Shown in pieces: positions 36,743 to 46,680 of a stretch of 56,791 nt of DNA. The DNA comes from Myxococcota bacterium (lineage in GTDB: Bacteria > Myxococcota > JACRCW01), in NCBI GenBank assembly GCA_040752415.1, contig JBFMGU010000031.1, positions 1 to 56,791 on the forward strand. Direction: 5' to 3'. Within the stretch, counting starts at the first letter, position 1. Every line of letters begins with the position of its first letter. A program made the translations under genes and the position numbers. The notes beneath the pieces were generated by a model, which ran no database searches, was not told where the DNA came from, and saw only the letters and a program-made list of their open reading frames with translations.

Positions 36743-37498
36743 ATGGCGCGTTTCCGCAGTTTCCTGGGCATGCTGGCCACCGCCGGGTGGTGCAGCTTTG
36801 CGCTGATGCTGCGCCCGGTGTGGCGACGGAGCGTCATTGTCCTGCAGCCCTACTGGGCCCGCACCGTCATCTGGTGCGCCGGCGTCAAGGTCAACGTGGA
36901 GTCCCGCGCCCCGGTGCGCCCGCCGGTCATCTACGTGGCCAACCACCAGAGCGGGCTGGACATCCTGGTGATGATTGCCTGGATGCCCGACAGCGTGCGC
37001 TTCGTGGCCAAGAAGCAGATGGCCAGCGCGCCGTTCACCGGCTGGTGCATGCGCGCGGCGGACTACGTGTTCATTGACCGCAGCAACCCCGACGCCGCCA
37101 AGGAGTCCCTGCGGGAGGCCGCGGCGGACATCAAGCGGGGTGGGCGCAGCGTCATCATCTTCCCCGAGGGCACGCGTTATCCCCCCGGTTTCCTGGGACC
37201 TTTCAAGAGCGGCGCCATCCACATGGCCGCGGCGGCGGGTGTGCCGCTGGTGCCGGTGGGCCTGACGCGCACCGGGGAGCTCATGGAGCGTCGCAGCCTG
37301 GTCTCCAAGGCGGGGCTGGTGCACATCCGCATTGGCGAGCCGGTGGACCCGCGGGAGTGGGTGGGACGGGAGAAGGAACTCAAGGAGCTGCTGCGGGCGA
37401 AGGTGCGGGAGCTGGCGGGGGAGAGCGCGGCGCAGGACGCGGACGAGGCGCTGGAGCTGCAGGCCGAGCGGGGCCGGCTGCCGAGCACCGGCACGTGA
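36743..37498 (+). CDS. plsC: 1-acyl-sn-glycerol-3-phosphate acyltransferase family
   Basis: ANHQSGLD, FVAKK, FIDR, FPEGTR, FKSGA. Confidence 0.85.
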   Translation: MARFRSFLGMLATAGWCSFALMLRPVWRRSVIVLQPYWARTVIWCAGVKVNVESRAPVRPPVIYVANHQSGLDILVMIAWMPDSVRFVAKKQMASAPFTGWCMRAADYVFIDRSNPDAAKESLREAAADIKRGGRSVIIFPEGTRYPPGFLGPFKSGAIHMAAAAGVPLVPVGLTRTGELMERRSLVSKAGLVHIRIGEPVDPREWVGREKELKELLRAKVRELAGESAAQDADEALELQAERGRLPSTGT

Positions 37499-37543
37499 AA
37501 CCGCGCACAAACGGCCCCGACCGTGCTAGTCGGAGGGGTCGAC

Positions 37544-39685
37544 ATGGCTGAAAAAATCATCCTGGCGGAGGACAACCAGGCCATGCGCGAGGCGCTGGCC
37601 GAGGCCCTCACGTCGCAGCGCGGCTACGAAGTGGTGCAGGTGGGGAACGGTGCCGACGCGGAGGCCGCCGCCCTGGCAGGGGCCAACCTGCTGGTGCTGG
37701 ACCTCCTGTTGCCCAAGAAACAGGGCTTCCAGGTGGCCGAGGCCGTGCGCGCCGCCGGCAAGGACATCCCGATCATCATGATCACCGGCGTCTACAAGGA
37801 CGCCAAGCAGATCAAGGATGCGAAGGACCGCCTGGGCGTCAAGGAATACCTGATCAAGCCCATTGACGCGGGTCTGTTCCTGAACGTGGTGGACGCCGCG
37901 CTGGGGAAGGCCACGGCGCGCAGCGGTGCGGCCGCCTCCTCGACGACGACGGAACGCGCCGCGGAGCCCATGCCCGCCACCGGCAGCACCATGGACATCC
38001 CCGCCGGTGCGCTCATCTTCCGGGCGCAGGCGGAGCGTCACAGCGGCGTGCTGGACCTGGCCGGTGAGCCCGACCGCATGCGCCTGTTCTTCTACCGGGG
38101 CGTGCTGGTGTTCGCGCAGAGCAACCGCCAGGGGCGCAACCTGGCCGCGGAGCTGGTGCGGCGCGGGATGATGTCTGACGACGCCATGACGCTGGTGCTG
38201 GAGGAGATGGCCAAGAGCTCCACCGGCCTGTTCAAGGCGCTGAGCACCCTGGAGCTGTGCGACGAGGCCAGCGCCAAGGAAGCCTACAAGGCGCTGGCGC
38301 CGCAGATCTGCGCGGATGCGGCGGGGTTTGTGGGGCGCTTCAAGTGGACCGCGGGTGAGACGTTCACCAAGATCCTGCCGGTGGTGAACTCCCCGACGCT
38401 GCCGGCGTTGATGGAAGGCCTCAAGAACGTGCCGCCGCAGGTGGCGGAGAAGCTGCTGGAGAAGAAGAAGACCCAGCGCATGAACCGGGGTCCCAACTTT
38501 GACCGGCTGAACCCCTCCGTCGAGGCGGCGCTGGGGCCCGACGTGTCACGCGCCATCAACGGCCGCGCCCGTCTGGGCCAGATTGTCGAGGCCGCACAGG
38601 GCGCGGACGCGCGCGCTTCCCGTCTGCGCCAGGCCTACGCGCTGCTGTGTCTGCAGGCCGCGGTGGCCAGCGAGGGAGACGCCGCGGGCGCGCCCGCCGC
38701 CGCCGAGGTGAGCAGCCCGAACCTCTCGACGCCGCCGCCGCCGAGCGCCCCGGCGCGCACCGTGAGCGGCCCGTCCATCCCCGTCCCCAACATCCCGCTG
38801 CCCACCATCAATGAGGCGCCCCGTGCCGCGCCCGCGCCGCGCGGTGGAGTCAGCGTGATGCCGGCGCCCCCGGCGCCCGCCGCGTCGCGTCCCGCCCCGC
38901 CGCCCGCCGCGCGCCCGGCCAACACCGCGGGGTGGGCACCGGAGATGAAGGCGCTGATGGCGGAGGTGGACCAGCGCTTCGCCTCGCAGAAGGACTGGAC
39001 GCACTACGAGGTCCTGGGCATCACCGACAAGGACGACCTGGGCACGCTGAAGAAGGCCTACTTTGCGCTGGCCGGGAAGTTCCACGCGGACAAGTTCAGC
39101 GGCGTGGACCTGGGCGACGCCAAGGAGCGCGTGGACGCCGTGTTCGCCCGCATCAGCGAGGCCTACGACGTGCTCTCCAAGCCGGACAAGCGCGCCGAGT
39201 ACGAGGCGGAGCAGAAGCTGAAGGCGGCCGGCGCCACCACCAACCTGGGTGCCATCTTCGAGGCGGAGAGCAAGTTCACCAAGGCGGAGCAGCTGCTGGA
39301 CCGCGGCGACTTCATCTCCGCCAACAAGCTGCTGGACCAGGCGCTGGAGCTGGACCCCAAGGAGCTCTACCGCGCGTACAAGGCGTACGTGGGCTTCATG
39401 GCGGGCGGGCGGAACAAGGCGCAGGCACCCGCGGCGCTCAAGGAGATCGACGAGCTGAGCAAGCAGGTGGCCATCCCGCGCGCCGTGGAGTTCATGGGCT
39501 TCATCCACAAGGCCACCGAGAACTACCTGGAGGCGCGTCGCTGCTTCCAGGCCATGCTGGGCGTGCAGGGGGCGAACCGGATCGTCGCCACACGTGAGCT
39601 GGAGCTCATCAAGAAGAAGCTGGAAGAGGCCCAGGACGCGGCCAAGAAGGGCGGCGGCATGCTGGGCAAGTTGTTCAAGAGCTGA
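37544..39685 (+). CDS. Receiver + DUF4388-like + Pro-rich linker + J-like domain + TPR protein
   Basis: ILAEDN, LDLLLP, ITG, KP receiver motifs; RHSGVLDL...LFFYRG; THYEVLGI...KKAYFALAGKFHADK. Confidence 0.8.
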   Translation: MAEKIILAEDNQAMREALAEALTSQRGYEVVQVGNGADAEAAALAGANLLVLDLLLPKKQGFQVAEAVRAAGKDIPIIMITGVYKDAKQIKDAKDRLGVKEYLIKPIDAGLFLNVVDAALGKATARSGAAASSTTTERAAEPMPATGSTMDIPAGALIFRAQAERHSGVLDLAGEPDRMRLFFYRGVLVFAQSNRQGRNLAAELVRRGMMSDDAMTLVLEEMAKSSTGLFKALSTLELCDEASAKEAYKALAPQICADAAGFVGRFKWTAGETFTKILPVVNSPTLPALMEGLKNVPPQVAEKLLEKKKTQRMNRGPNFDRLNPSVEAALGPDVSRAINGRARLGQIVEAAQGADARASRLRQAYALLCLQAAVASEGDAAGAPAAAEVSSPNLSTPPPPSAPARTVSGPSIPVPNIPLPTINEAPRAAPAPRGGVSVMPAPPAPAASRPAPPPAARPANTAGWAPEMKALMAEVDQRFASQKDWTHYEVLGITDKDDLGTLKKAYFALAGKFHADKFSGVDLGDAKERVDAVFARISEAYDVLSKPDKRAEYEAEQKLKAAGATTNLGAIFEAESKFTKAEQLLDRGDFISANKLLDQALELDPKELYRAYKAYVGFMAGGRNKAQAPAALKEIDELSKQVAIPRAVEFMGFIHKATENYLEARRCFQAMLGVQGANRIVATRELELIKKKLEEAQDAAKKGGGMLGKLFKS

Positions 39686-39729
39686 AGCGCAATTGGCCAG
39701 CGGGCCATGAAACCGCTACAGCTTGACGC

Positions 39730-42132
39730 GTGGCACATCCCTCATCGTCCGACGACATCGAGTATCCCTTCCCCGTGCACAAGGTGGTGGACCTGCTGCG
39801 GGCCCACGGCGGCGGGCCGCTGCACCTGCGCGAAATCCGGCACGAGCTGAACGTCCGCCCCGACGATCGCAAGGACCTGCGCACCGCCCTGGCCATGGCC
39901 GTGGAGGCGGGCGTGCTGGAGCGGACCGACCAGGGTCGCGGCTTCCGGCTGCCCATCACCCACGACGTGGTGGAGGGCGTGGTCTGGCGTCACGAGAAGG
40001 GCTACGGCTGGCTGACCGGCACCGGCGTGGGCGGCGGCGGCAAAGGCAATGACCCGTTCATCTCCCCCGACCAGATGGAGAGCGTGCTGCACGGCGACCG
40101 CGTGCGCGCCAAGGTGATCCCGCAGGGCGGGGGTCGCACGCGCGCGGTCATCCTGGAGGTGGTGGGCAAGCCGCGTTACGTGGTGGGCGTGTTGCGCAAG
40201 CGCGGGCGCCACACCGCGGTGGAGCTGGAGGAGACCGGTGAGCAGCTGCACGTCTCCGAGGGGCCGGTGGAGAGCTGCGCCGACGGCTCCGCGGTGGAGG
40301 TGCTCATCAGCGAGCGGCCCAGCACCTACCGCATGGGCATCTGTCGACTCATCCGCGCGCTGGGGCGGCCCGGGGATCTCAAGGTCGAGATCGAGAAGGT
40401 GCTCATCAACGCGCAGATCCCCATGGTCTTCAGCGAGCTGGCGCAGGAGGAGGCCAACGACGTCAACGACGCCATTGAAGCGGTGGCCGCGGCGGACCCG
40501 GATCGTCGCGACATCACGCACCTGCCGCTGGTGACCATTGACGGTCCCACCGCCAAGGACTTTGACGACGCGGTGTGCGTGGAACGTCACGGCAGCAAGC
40601 ACGTGCTCACCGTGGCCATCGCCGACGTCAGCTTCTACGTGCGGCCGGGCAGCGTGCTGGACCGCGAGGCGTGCGAGCGCGGCACCAGCGTGTACATCCC
40701 CGGTCGCGTCATCCCCATGCTGCCGCCGCGTCTCTCCGACACGCTGTGCAGCCTCCGTCCCCACGAGCCGCGGCTGTGCATGGTGGCGCAGATGACCTTT
40801 GGCCACGGCCCGCGCCCGGAGAAGGTGGACCTGTTTGCCGGCCTGATGCGCTCGCGCGCGCGGCTCACCTACGAGCGCGTGGCGGAGGCGATGAACGCGG
40901 GGCTGGACGCGCTTCCCGAGGCCAAGGGCTTTGACCTCAAGGCCGCCGCCGACCTGTACCGCAAGCTCCACTCCGCCCGCCTGGCGCGCGGCGCGCTGGA
41001 CCTGGACCTGCCCGAGATCGAAGTGGACCTGGGCGACGACGGGGAGCCGTTGGACCTGCACCTGTCCGCGCGCCACGACAGCCACCGGCTCATCGAGGAG
41101 TTCATGCTCGCGGCCAACGAGGCGGTGGCGAGCTGGTTTGCCGAGCGGGAGCAGCCGTGCGTCTACCGCATCCACGAGGATCCCGACGCCGAGAAGCTGG
41201 ACCGCTTCCGCGTGCTGGCCAACGCCCACGCCATTGAGGTGCGCCTGCCTCCCGAGCCCACGCCCACCCAGCTGGGGCGTTTCCTGGAGGCCCTGAAGGA
41301 TCACCCCGCGGCGCGCCCGCTGCAGACCGTGCTGCTGCGCTCCATGATGCAGGCCCGCTACGAGGTGGTGAACGCCGGCCACTACGGGCTGGCCTCCGAG
41401 GCGTACCTGCATTTCACCAGCCCCATCCGTCGCTACCCGGACCTGCTGGTGCACCGTCAGCTCCGCGCGTTGCTGCAGGGGGCGGCGCGCAAGACCCCGC
41501 ACGCCCATGACCTGCTGCCCCACGACGAGCCCGCGCTGGCCGTGATGGCGCAGTCCTCCACGCGGACCGAGCGCAAGGCGCAGGAGATCGAGCGGGACGT
41601 GCACGCGCTGTACGCGGCCCACATCTGCGCGCGTCACATTGGCGAGGAGTTTGACGGCGTCATCATGGGTTGTGAGGAGTTCGGCCTGTTCGTGCACCTG
41701 TCCGAGCTGAACGCCGACGGAATGATCCCGGTGGCCTCGTTGGGGCCGGAGCGGTTCGAGCTGGACCCGCACAAGATGATGCTGGCGGCGCCACGCAGCG
41801 GTCGTACGTTCCGGTTGGGGCAGGACGTGCGGGTGCGCATTGTGGACGCCAGCCTGCAGCGCAAGCGCGTGACATTGGGGTTGGCCGAGGGTGTGGTTGG
41901 CGCGGGCGTGCCCGAGGAGGAAGAGCTGGAGACCACGCGGGCGCGCTCCGCGCGGGTCTCGCCGTGGCGACGGCCGGAGGCGGAGGAGAAGCCGCCGCGG
42001 CGTCGGGTGGCGGCGGGGACGCACAAGAAGGCGGGGCCGCGCGGGAAGCCGGGGCGTGGGACGGCGCGGCCGGGTCCGCGGGGAAAGTCGACGGGTGGCG
42101 CTCGCAAGGGCGGAGGCCGCAAGCGTCGATGA
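39730..42132 (+). CDS. rnr: Ribonuclease R
   Basis: TIDGPTAKDFDDA, AIADVS, RGTSVY, LIEEFMLAAN, HFTSPIRRYPDL, S1 domain and basic tail. Confidence 0.93.
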   Translation: MAHPSSSDDIEYPFPVHKVVDLLRAHGGGPLHLREIRHELNVRPDDRKDLRTALAMAVEAGVLERTDQGRGFRLPITHDVVEGVVWRHEKGYGWLTGTGVGGGGKGNDPFISPDQMESVLHGDRVRAKVIPQGGGRTRAVILEVVGKPRYVVGVLRKRGRHTAVELEETGEQLHVSEGPVESCADGSAVEVLISERPSTYRMGICRLIRALGRPGDLKVEIEKVLINAQIPMVFSELAQEEANDVNDAIEAVAAADPDRRDITHLPLVTIDGPTAKDFDDAVCVERHGSKHVLTVAIADVSFYVRPGSVLDREACERGTSVYIPGRVIPMLPPRLSDTLCSLRPHEPRLCMVAQMTFGHGPRPEKVDLFAGLMRSRARLTYERVAEAMNAGLDALPEAKGFDLKAAADLYRKLHSARLARGALDLDLPEIEVDLGDDGEPLDLHLSARHDSHRLIEEFMLAANEAVASWFAEREQPCVYRIHEDPDAEKLDRFRVLANAHAIEVRLPPEPTPTQLGRFLEALKDHPAARPLQTVLLRSMMQARYEVVNAGHYGLASEAYLHFTSPIRRYPDLLVHRQLRALLQGAARKTPHAHDLLPHDEPALAVMAQSSTRTERKAQEIERDVHALYAAHICARHIGEEFDGVIMGCEEFGLFVHLSELNADGMIPVASLGPERFELDPHKMMLAAPRSGRTFRLGQDVRVRIVDASLQRKRVTLGLAEGVVGAGVPEEEELETTRARSARVSPWRRPEAEEKPPRRRVAAGTHKKAGPRGKPGRGTARPGPRGKSTGGARKGGGRKRR

Positions 42133-42566
42133 GCGAGATCCTGCGCATCTACCAGCTGGCCGAGGACGCTCTGCCGCAGCGGGACTGCATCCAGCGCGCG
42201 TGCTGCTGCCAGTTCGCCCAGACCGGGCGCGAGCCGTTTGTCACCGAGGCGGAGATGCAGGCGCTGCAGGAGGAGCTGCGAAGGCAGGGGCGCAAGATCC
42301 CGCCGCCGCGCGACGACGGAGCCTGCCCGCTCCTCACCGACGACGGCATGCGCTGCAGCGTGTATTCGGCGCGGCCGCTGGGGTGTCGCACGTTCTTCTG
42401 TCGGGAGGCGGGTGGTCCGGCCACCGCGCGGGAGATGCGCGACGCCATCCAGGCGCTCAATGCGCTCGACGAGAAACACCGTCGGGGGAAGGCGGGGAGC
42501 CGAACACTCACCGATGCGCTGGCGAGTGCGCGCTCCGGGAAGCCTACGCACCGTCGGTGGCGGTGA
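42129..42566 (+). CDS. YkgJ family cysteine-cluster protein
   Basis: C...ACCC, CPLL, CSVYSARPLGCRTFFC; ATGA overlap with rnr. Confidence 0.85.
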   Translation: MSEILRIYQLAEDALPQRDCIQRACCCQFAQTGREPFVTEAEMQALQEELRRQGRKIPPPRDDGACPLLTDDGMRCSVYSARPLGCRTFFCREAGGPATAREMRDAIQALNALDEKHRRGKAGSRTLTDALASARSGKPTHRRWR

Positions 42567-42741
42567 TGCGGGAGCACGCGGGTCAGCGGTTCCCTCTCCC
42601 TCTCCCCACGTGATGCGAATCAGGTGACCGTCGGTGTCGGCGGCAGCCGAGGCTGCACCCCACCGTCGGGGCGCCGGATGCGGACCAGGTGAGAAGCGAG
42701 AGAGGGAGGTTCAACGCCGTGTCCGCGGTCGACGCGACGGC

Positions 42742-44070
42742 TCACTTCTTCTTGAAGATGTCCAGGATGCCGCCGGCCGGCTTGTTGCGCGCCTCTTCCA
42801 CGGCCTGCTTGGCCTTCTCCGCGCGCATGTCATAGACGCGCACCTCACGCGCGGCGTCCGCGTGCTTGGAGTCAATCTTGTAGGCCTGGCGGATGGACTC
42901 CTCCGCGCGCACGACGTCACCGTTGGCGCGCTGCAGCAGGCCCAGCTTGTAGAACGCGTCCGCGTATTTCACGTTGGCGGTGAGCGACTTGAGCTCCGCA
43001 ACGGCCTTGGCGCGCCGCTCCCCCTCGGGTCGACGGGGATTGAGGCTCAAGGCCCACGCGTACTCGGTGCGGTACTCGGCGAGGTCGGGGTCCAGGTCCT
43101 TGGCCTTGGCATACTCCGCCTCCGCGTCCGCAAACTCCTTCTTGCCCATGAAGATCTTGCCCTTCTGAGCATGCATCTTGGCCTCTTCCGCACGACGAGG
43201 CCGGGCCTTGGGCGCCGCGCCTTCCGCCGTGGAGAGCTCCCGCTTCTTGAGGTCCTCCAGGTAGGACTCCCGCAACTTCTTGTCCTGCAGCGTGCGGTAC
43301 GCGTCGCCCACCGCCGAGAAGATGGCCTCCAGCTTGGGCTTGAGAACGTCGACCTCGTCGGGAGCGGCGCCAGCCAGGCGGTCCGGGTGGTACTTCTTGG
43401 CCAGCGCGAAGTACGCGGTCTTCACGTCGCTCTCGGCGGCCTCACGCTTGATGCCCAGCAGCGCAAAGTGGTCCGTCTTGGAGAGGGTGGCGTGCACCTT
43501 CTCGATCTCCTCCTTGAACGCCTTGAGCTCCGTGCTGGCCTGCGGCGGGGGAGGCGGAGGAGGCGGAGGAGGGGCGGGAGAAGGCGCGCTGGCCGCCGAG
43601 CTGACCGGCATCTGCTCCACGTATTCGAACTGCCCGTCGCCACCACCCGCGGCCTGCTCTCCCTCCAGCGGCGGACGGTACACGTTGGCGTGCAGCTTCT
43701 TGCGCACGAGCTGTTGGCCCTTGGCCTCGGCCACCGCCTTGCGCACCTCCACGGGGACCAGCGCGCGCGCCTTGTTGCCCTCCGCGGTGTCCAGGAGCTC
43801 CGCGGCGTGCAGCGCGCGCATCAGGGACAGGGCCTTCTCCGGCTCCAGGCAGGCGTTGCCCTCCAGGTCCTTGAACTTCCGCGGCAGCTTCAGCAGCGCA
43901 ATGAACCCGCGTTCCTCCGCCGTCAGCTCACCCCACGGGAGCTCCATCTCCGGGGTCAGCCCGTCGCGCCAGACCACGGCGCGGTCACGCATCCGCGCGC
44001 CAAAGTCCGCGGTGCCGGCCGGGTCATGGCTGGAGAAGAACTTCTGGAACGTCTTTTCACGCTCGCCCAT
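42742..44070 (-). CDS. DnaJ-domain + TPR protein
   Basis: DHFALLGI...AYFALAKKYHPDR...AYRTL.D...R.Y; C-terminal TPR helices. Confidence 0.85.
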   Translation of the reverse strand: MGEREKTFQKFFSSHDPAGTADFGARMRDRAVVWRDGLTPEMELPWGELTAEERGFIALLKLPRKFKDLEGNACLEPEKALSLMRALHAAELLDTAEGNKARALVPVEVRKAVAEAKGQQLVRKKLHANVYRPPLEGEQAAGGGDGQFEYVEQMPVSSAASAPSPAPPPPPPPPPPQASTELKAFKEEIEKVHATLSKTDHFALLGIKREAAESDVKTAYFALAKKYHPDRLAGAAPDEVDVLKPKLEAIFSAVGDAYRTLQDKKLRESYLEDLKKRELSTAEGAAPKARPRRAEEAKMHAQKGKIFMGKKEFADAEAEYAKAKDLDPDLAEYRTEYAWALSLNPRRPEGERRAKAVAELKSLTANVKYADAFYKLGLLQRANGDVVRAEESIRQAYKIDSKHADAAREVRVYDMRAEKAKQAVEEARNKPAGGILDIFKKK

Positions 44071-44097
44071 GGATCAGCCCATCCCGCCCGCCGAGCA

Positions 44098-44925
44098 TCA
44101 CTCGCCGCAGTAGCCCCATTCCAGATTCTCGCCGCCCAGGAAGCTCAGGCAGGGGGCGCCAGCGCGATCACAGGCGGGACCGCCGCCGCCCAACCGACGA
44201 CAGTACTGGTAGCAGCGACCGGTATCCCCGCCCAGCAGGTCGCTGCAGAACAGCCCTTCCTTGCAGCTGGGGAGGCTGTTGCCCTCCTCGGTGTCGCAGA
44301 GGTCCGCCAGGTTGCCGGTGCCCGCGCCAAGACACGCCGCGGCCGCGGGATTGGTGGCGAAGTGGATGCACGACTCCTGGGGCGCGCAGCAGCGGCCGGC
44401 GTTGGGATTGGTGTTGCAGTCGCTCTGCAGGAGGAGGTCGCACGGGGCGAAGCACAGGCCGCCGGTGGGGCCGCCCTTGAACCACAAGCACTCCTGTCCG
44501 GAGGGGCAGGCATCCTGGTTGTCCACGCCGCAGTCGCCCTCCTGGCAGAAGTTGCCGGTGGCGTCGGCCCAGCAGATCTGGTCGGTGCCGCACTGCTCAT
44601 GGCTGGAGCAGGTGGGGCGACAACGGAAGTCACACTCCGCCTCCGTGCCGGTGCGGCAGCGGCTGGGTTTGTCGGCGCACACGGAGGCGCCCTGGGCGGA
44701 CCCGCGACACAGCTCCGAGCCCTGGCACTTCTCGCCGATGTCCAGGGACCCACGCTTCTTGCACACCTCGCGCTCACCGACGGGGGTGTCCTCCTTCACG
44801 CACTCGTAGCCCACGTCGCAGCGGGCCTTGCCGGGCTCCGGGTCCTCGCACGGCGCGTCAAATTGCAGGCAGCCGCCCGCACCGCCCAACGTCAGCGCCG
44901 CCAGGATGAGGAACACGTTCTTCAT
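44098..44925 (-). CDS. Cys-rich lipoprotein
   Basis: Lipobox-like AGGC; dense Cys repeats (PCDLLLQSDC, GRCYQYC); ATGA overlap with the PEGA gene. Confidence 0.7.
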   Translation of the reverse strand: MKNVFLILAALTLGGAGGCLQFDAPCEDPEPGKARCDVGYECVKEDTPVGEREVCKKRGSLDIGEKCQGSELCRGSAQGASVCADKPSRCRTGTEAECDFRCRPTCSSHEQCGTDQICWADATGNFCQEGDCGVDNQDACPSGQECLWFKGGPTGGLCFAPCDLLLQSDCNTNPNAGRCCAPQESCIHFATNPAAAACLGAGTGNLADLCDTEEGNSLPSCKEGLFCSDLLGGDTGRCYQYCRRLGGGGPACDRAGAPCLSFLGGENLEWGYCGE

Positions 44926-46460
44926 GGCCGCTCTCCCGCCTCCCCGTCACCACGCCCATCCCATTCTGGCCCGGGCGCGTCCGACCCGCCACCGGCCAGG
45001 ATCGCATCCATGCTCTTCTTCTCCGACATGCCCCAGCCAATCAGCGCAATCCCGCCCGCCAGCGAAGCCACGGCGAGCGCGAGGGCCACGACCGCGAGCC
45101 CGGGGTGCACGAACCCGACGATGAGCGAGATGCTGCGCGCGGTGTTCTCGCGCTGGCTGATGAAGTCACGCTGGATGGAGCCGCTGGAGTCCGGGAGCCA
45201 GTAGGGGAAGCCCAGCGCCAGGTAGAAGGCCACGCCGCTGACGACGAGGAAGGTGCCCATCAGCACCACCGAGAGCGCGGTGAGCGGGAAGAGCAGCGCC
45301 CCCATCACGATCTTGCCCATGCCCACGCCGGAGCCGCCGCCGGTGGGCGCGCTGTAGTTGCTGGTGGTCTGGGTGCTGACGTCCTTCTGCGCCGCCGCGG
45401 TGGTGCCGCCCTGGGCGCTGCGGAAGCCGCTCTCCATCCACTGGTCCAGCTCCTGGCGGTAGCGCTCCCCGGTGAACGAGCGCTGGCCGGATTGCAGCGG
45501 GTGGCCGGTCCCGTCGACGAGAACCGCGGACACCCGCACGTCCGTGGCGGAGGACTGCACGCTCATCACGAAGACCTGGTCCACCTTGGCAAAGCGCGCC
45601 AGCTCGCTGAGCACCGGGCCCTGGCCGGCGGTGACGTCGGTGTGGATGCGCGCGGTGATGTCCTCCAGCTCACTGGCCTTCAGCGTGGGCTTCAACGCCA
45701 GCTGCACGGTCTCCTCGGCGCGCGCACTGACCTTGATGGTGCGACCCGCGGAGCGGTAGCCGGGACGGACCACGCGCAGCAGGTGCGGCCCGGGAGCGAG
45801 CCGATCCACGACCATGGGCGCGGGGCCGCGGAAGGTTCCGTCGACGTAGACCTCCGCACCGGCCGGCGTGGTGAAGACGCTGATGGCGCCGCGCTCCGCC
45901 TCATCCACCTTGCGGGCCGCGTCCTCGAACGCCTTCTTGGCCTGCTCGGGGAGCTTCTCGTAGGTGGCGCTGCGGTCCAGGACCAGGGCGCGGCGGAAGG
46001 CGTCGCGGGCGTTGTCGTTCTCCGCGTTGAGCGCGTAGGCGGCACCCAGGCGGAGCAGCGCGTCGGTGTAGGGCTTGATGTTGTCCACGTACGCGGCGCC
46101 CTGCTCGAAGGCCACCACCGCCTCGTTCAGCGCGGCGAGGGCGGGGTCCACCTCCAGGGCGTCCAGCGCGCGGGTCCCGCGATCCAGCGCCGCCATGGCG
46201 CGACCCACCGCGGCGCGGCCGGGGGACTCCTGCGACTCGTCGAGGAAGGCCTCGAGGTCCAGCAGCTGGTAGCGGGGGTTCCGGGCGAACGCGCCGCGCG
46301 AAACAAAGGCGCCGGTGGCGGCGGCTTTCTGGCTGGAGGAGTCCTTGGGGACGCTCAGGACCAGCAGGGAGAGTCCGCCCTCATCCGCCCGCGCGGCCGG
46401 CGGAAACGCGGTGAGGGACAGCACCGGGAGGGCAAGGCACCAGCGGAGGGAGCGTGGCAC
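44922..46460 (-). CDS. PEGA domain protein with TPR-like helices and C-terminal membrane helices
   Basis: Signal ending ARA; TTPAGAEVYVDGTFRGPAP...PGPHLLRVVRPGY; two long hydrophobic segments. Confidence 0.8.
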   Translation of the reverse strand: MPRSLRWCLALPVLSLTAFPPAARADEGGLSLLVLSVPKDSSSQKAAATGAFVSRGAFARNPRYQLLDLEAFLDESQESPGRAAVGRAMAALDRGTRALDALEVDPALAALNEAVVAFEQGAAYVDNIKPYTDALLRLGAAYALNAENDNARDAFRRALVLDRSATYEKLPEQAKKAFEDAARKVDEAERGAISVFTTPAGAEVYVDGTFRGPAPMVVDRLAPGPHLLRVVRPGYRSAGRTIKVSARAEETVQLALKPTLKASELEDITARIHTDVTAGQGPVLSELARFAKVDQVFVMSVQSSATDVRVSAVLVDGTGHPLQSGQRSFTGERYRQELDQWMESGFRSAQGGTTAAAQKDVSTQTTSNYSAPTGGGSGVGMGKIVMGALLFPLTALSVVLMGTFLVVSGVAFYLALGFPYWLPDSSGSIQRDFISQRENTARSISLIVGFVHPGLAVVALALAVASLAGGIALIGWGMSEKKSMDAILAGGGSDAPGPEWDGRGDGEAGERP

Positions 46461-46680
46461 GGCGGCACTCCAACACGAGGAGATGGGGTCGTTGGAGCAA
46501 CGTGTAGCAGGACGGGGAGGGGAGATGCACCTGTGGGATGGCGCTGCTCGGGGATCCCGGGGAGGACGACGAGGAAACCGGGTGCGGTCGGGACCCGCGC
46601 GGGTGACCGCGACAACCCGGCCACGACCACGCCCACGTTCACGTCCGGCGTCTCCTGCGCGTTCCCGGGGTGAGCGCCGC

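Noticed and set aside
21697..45204. Other long alternative-frame ORFs (21697-24003, 32818-35409, 39742-42024, 42634-45204)
   Set aside because: Each lies opposite a gene with clear motifs; stop codons are scarce in high-GC DNA.
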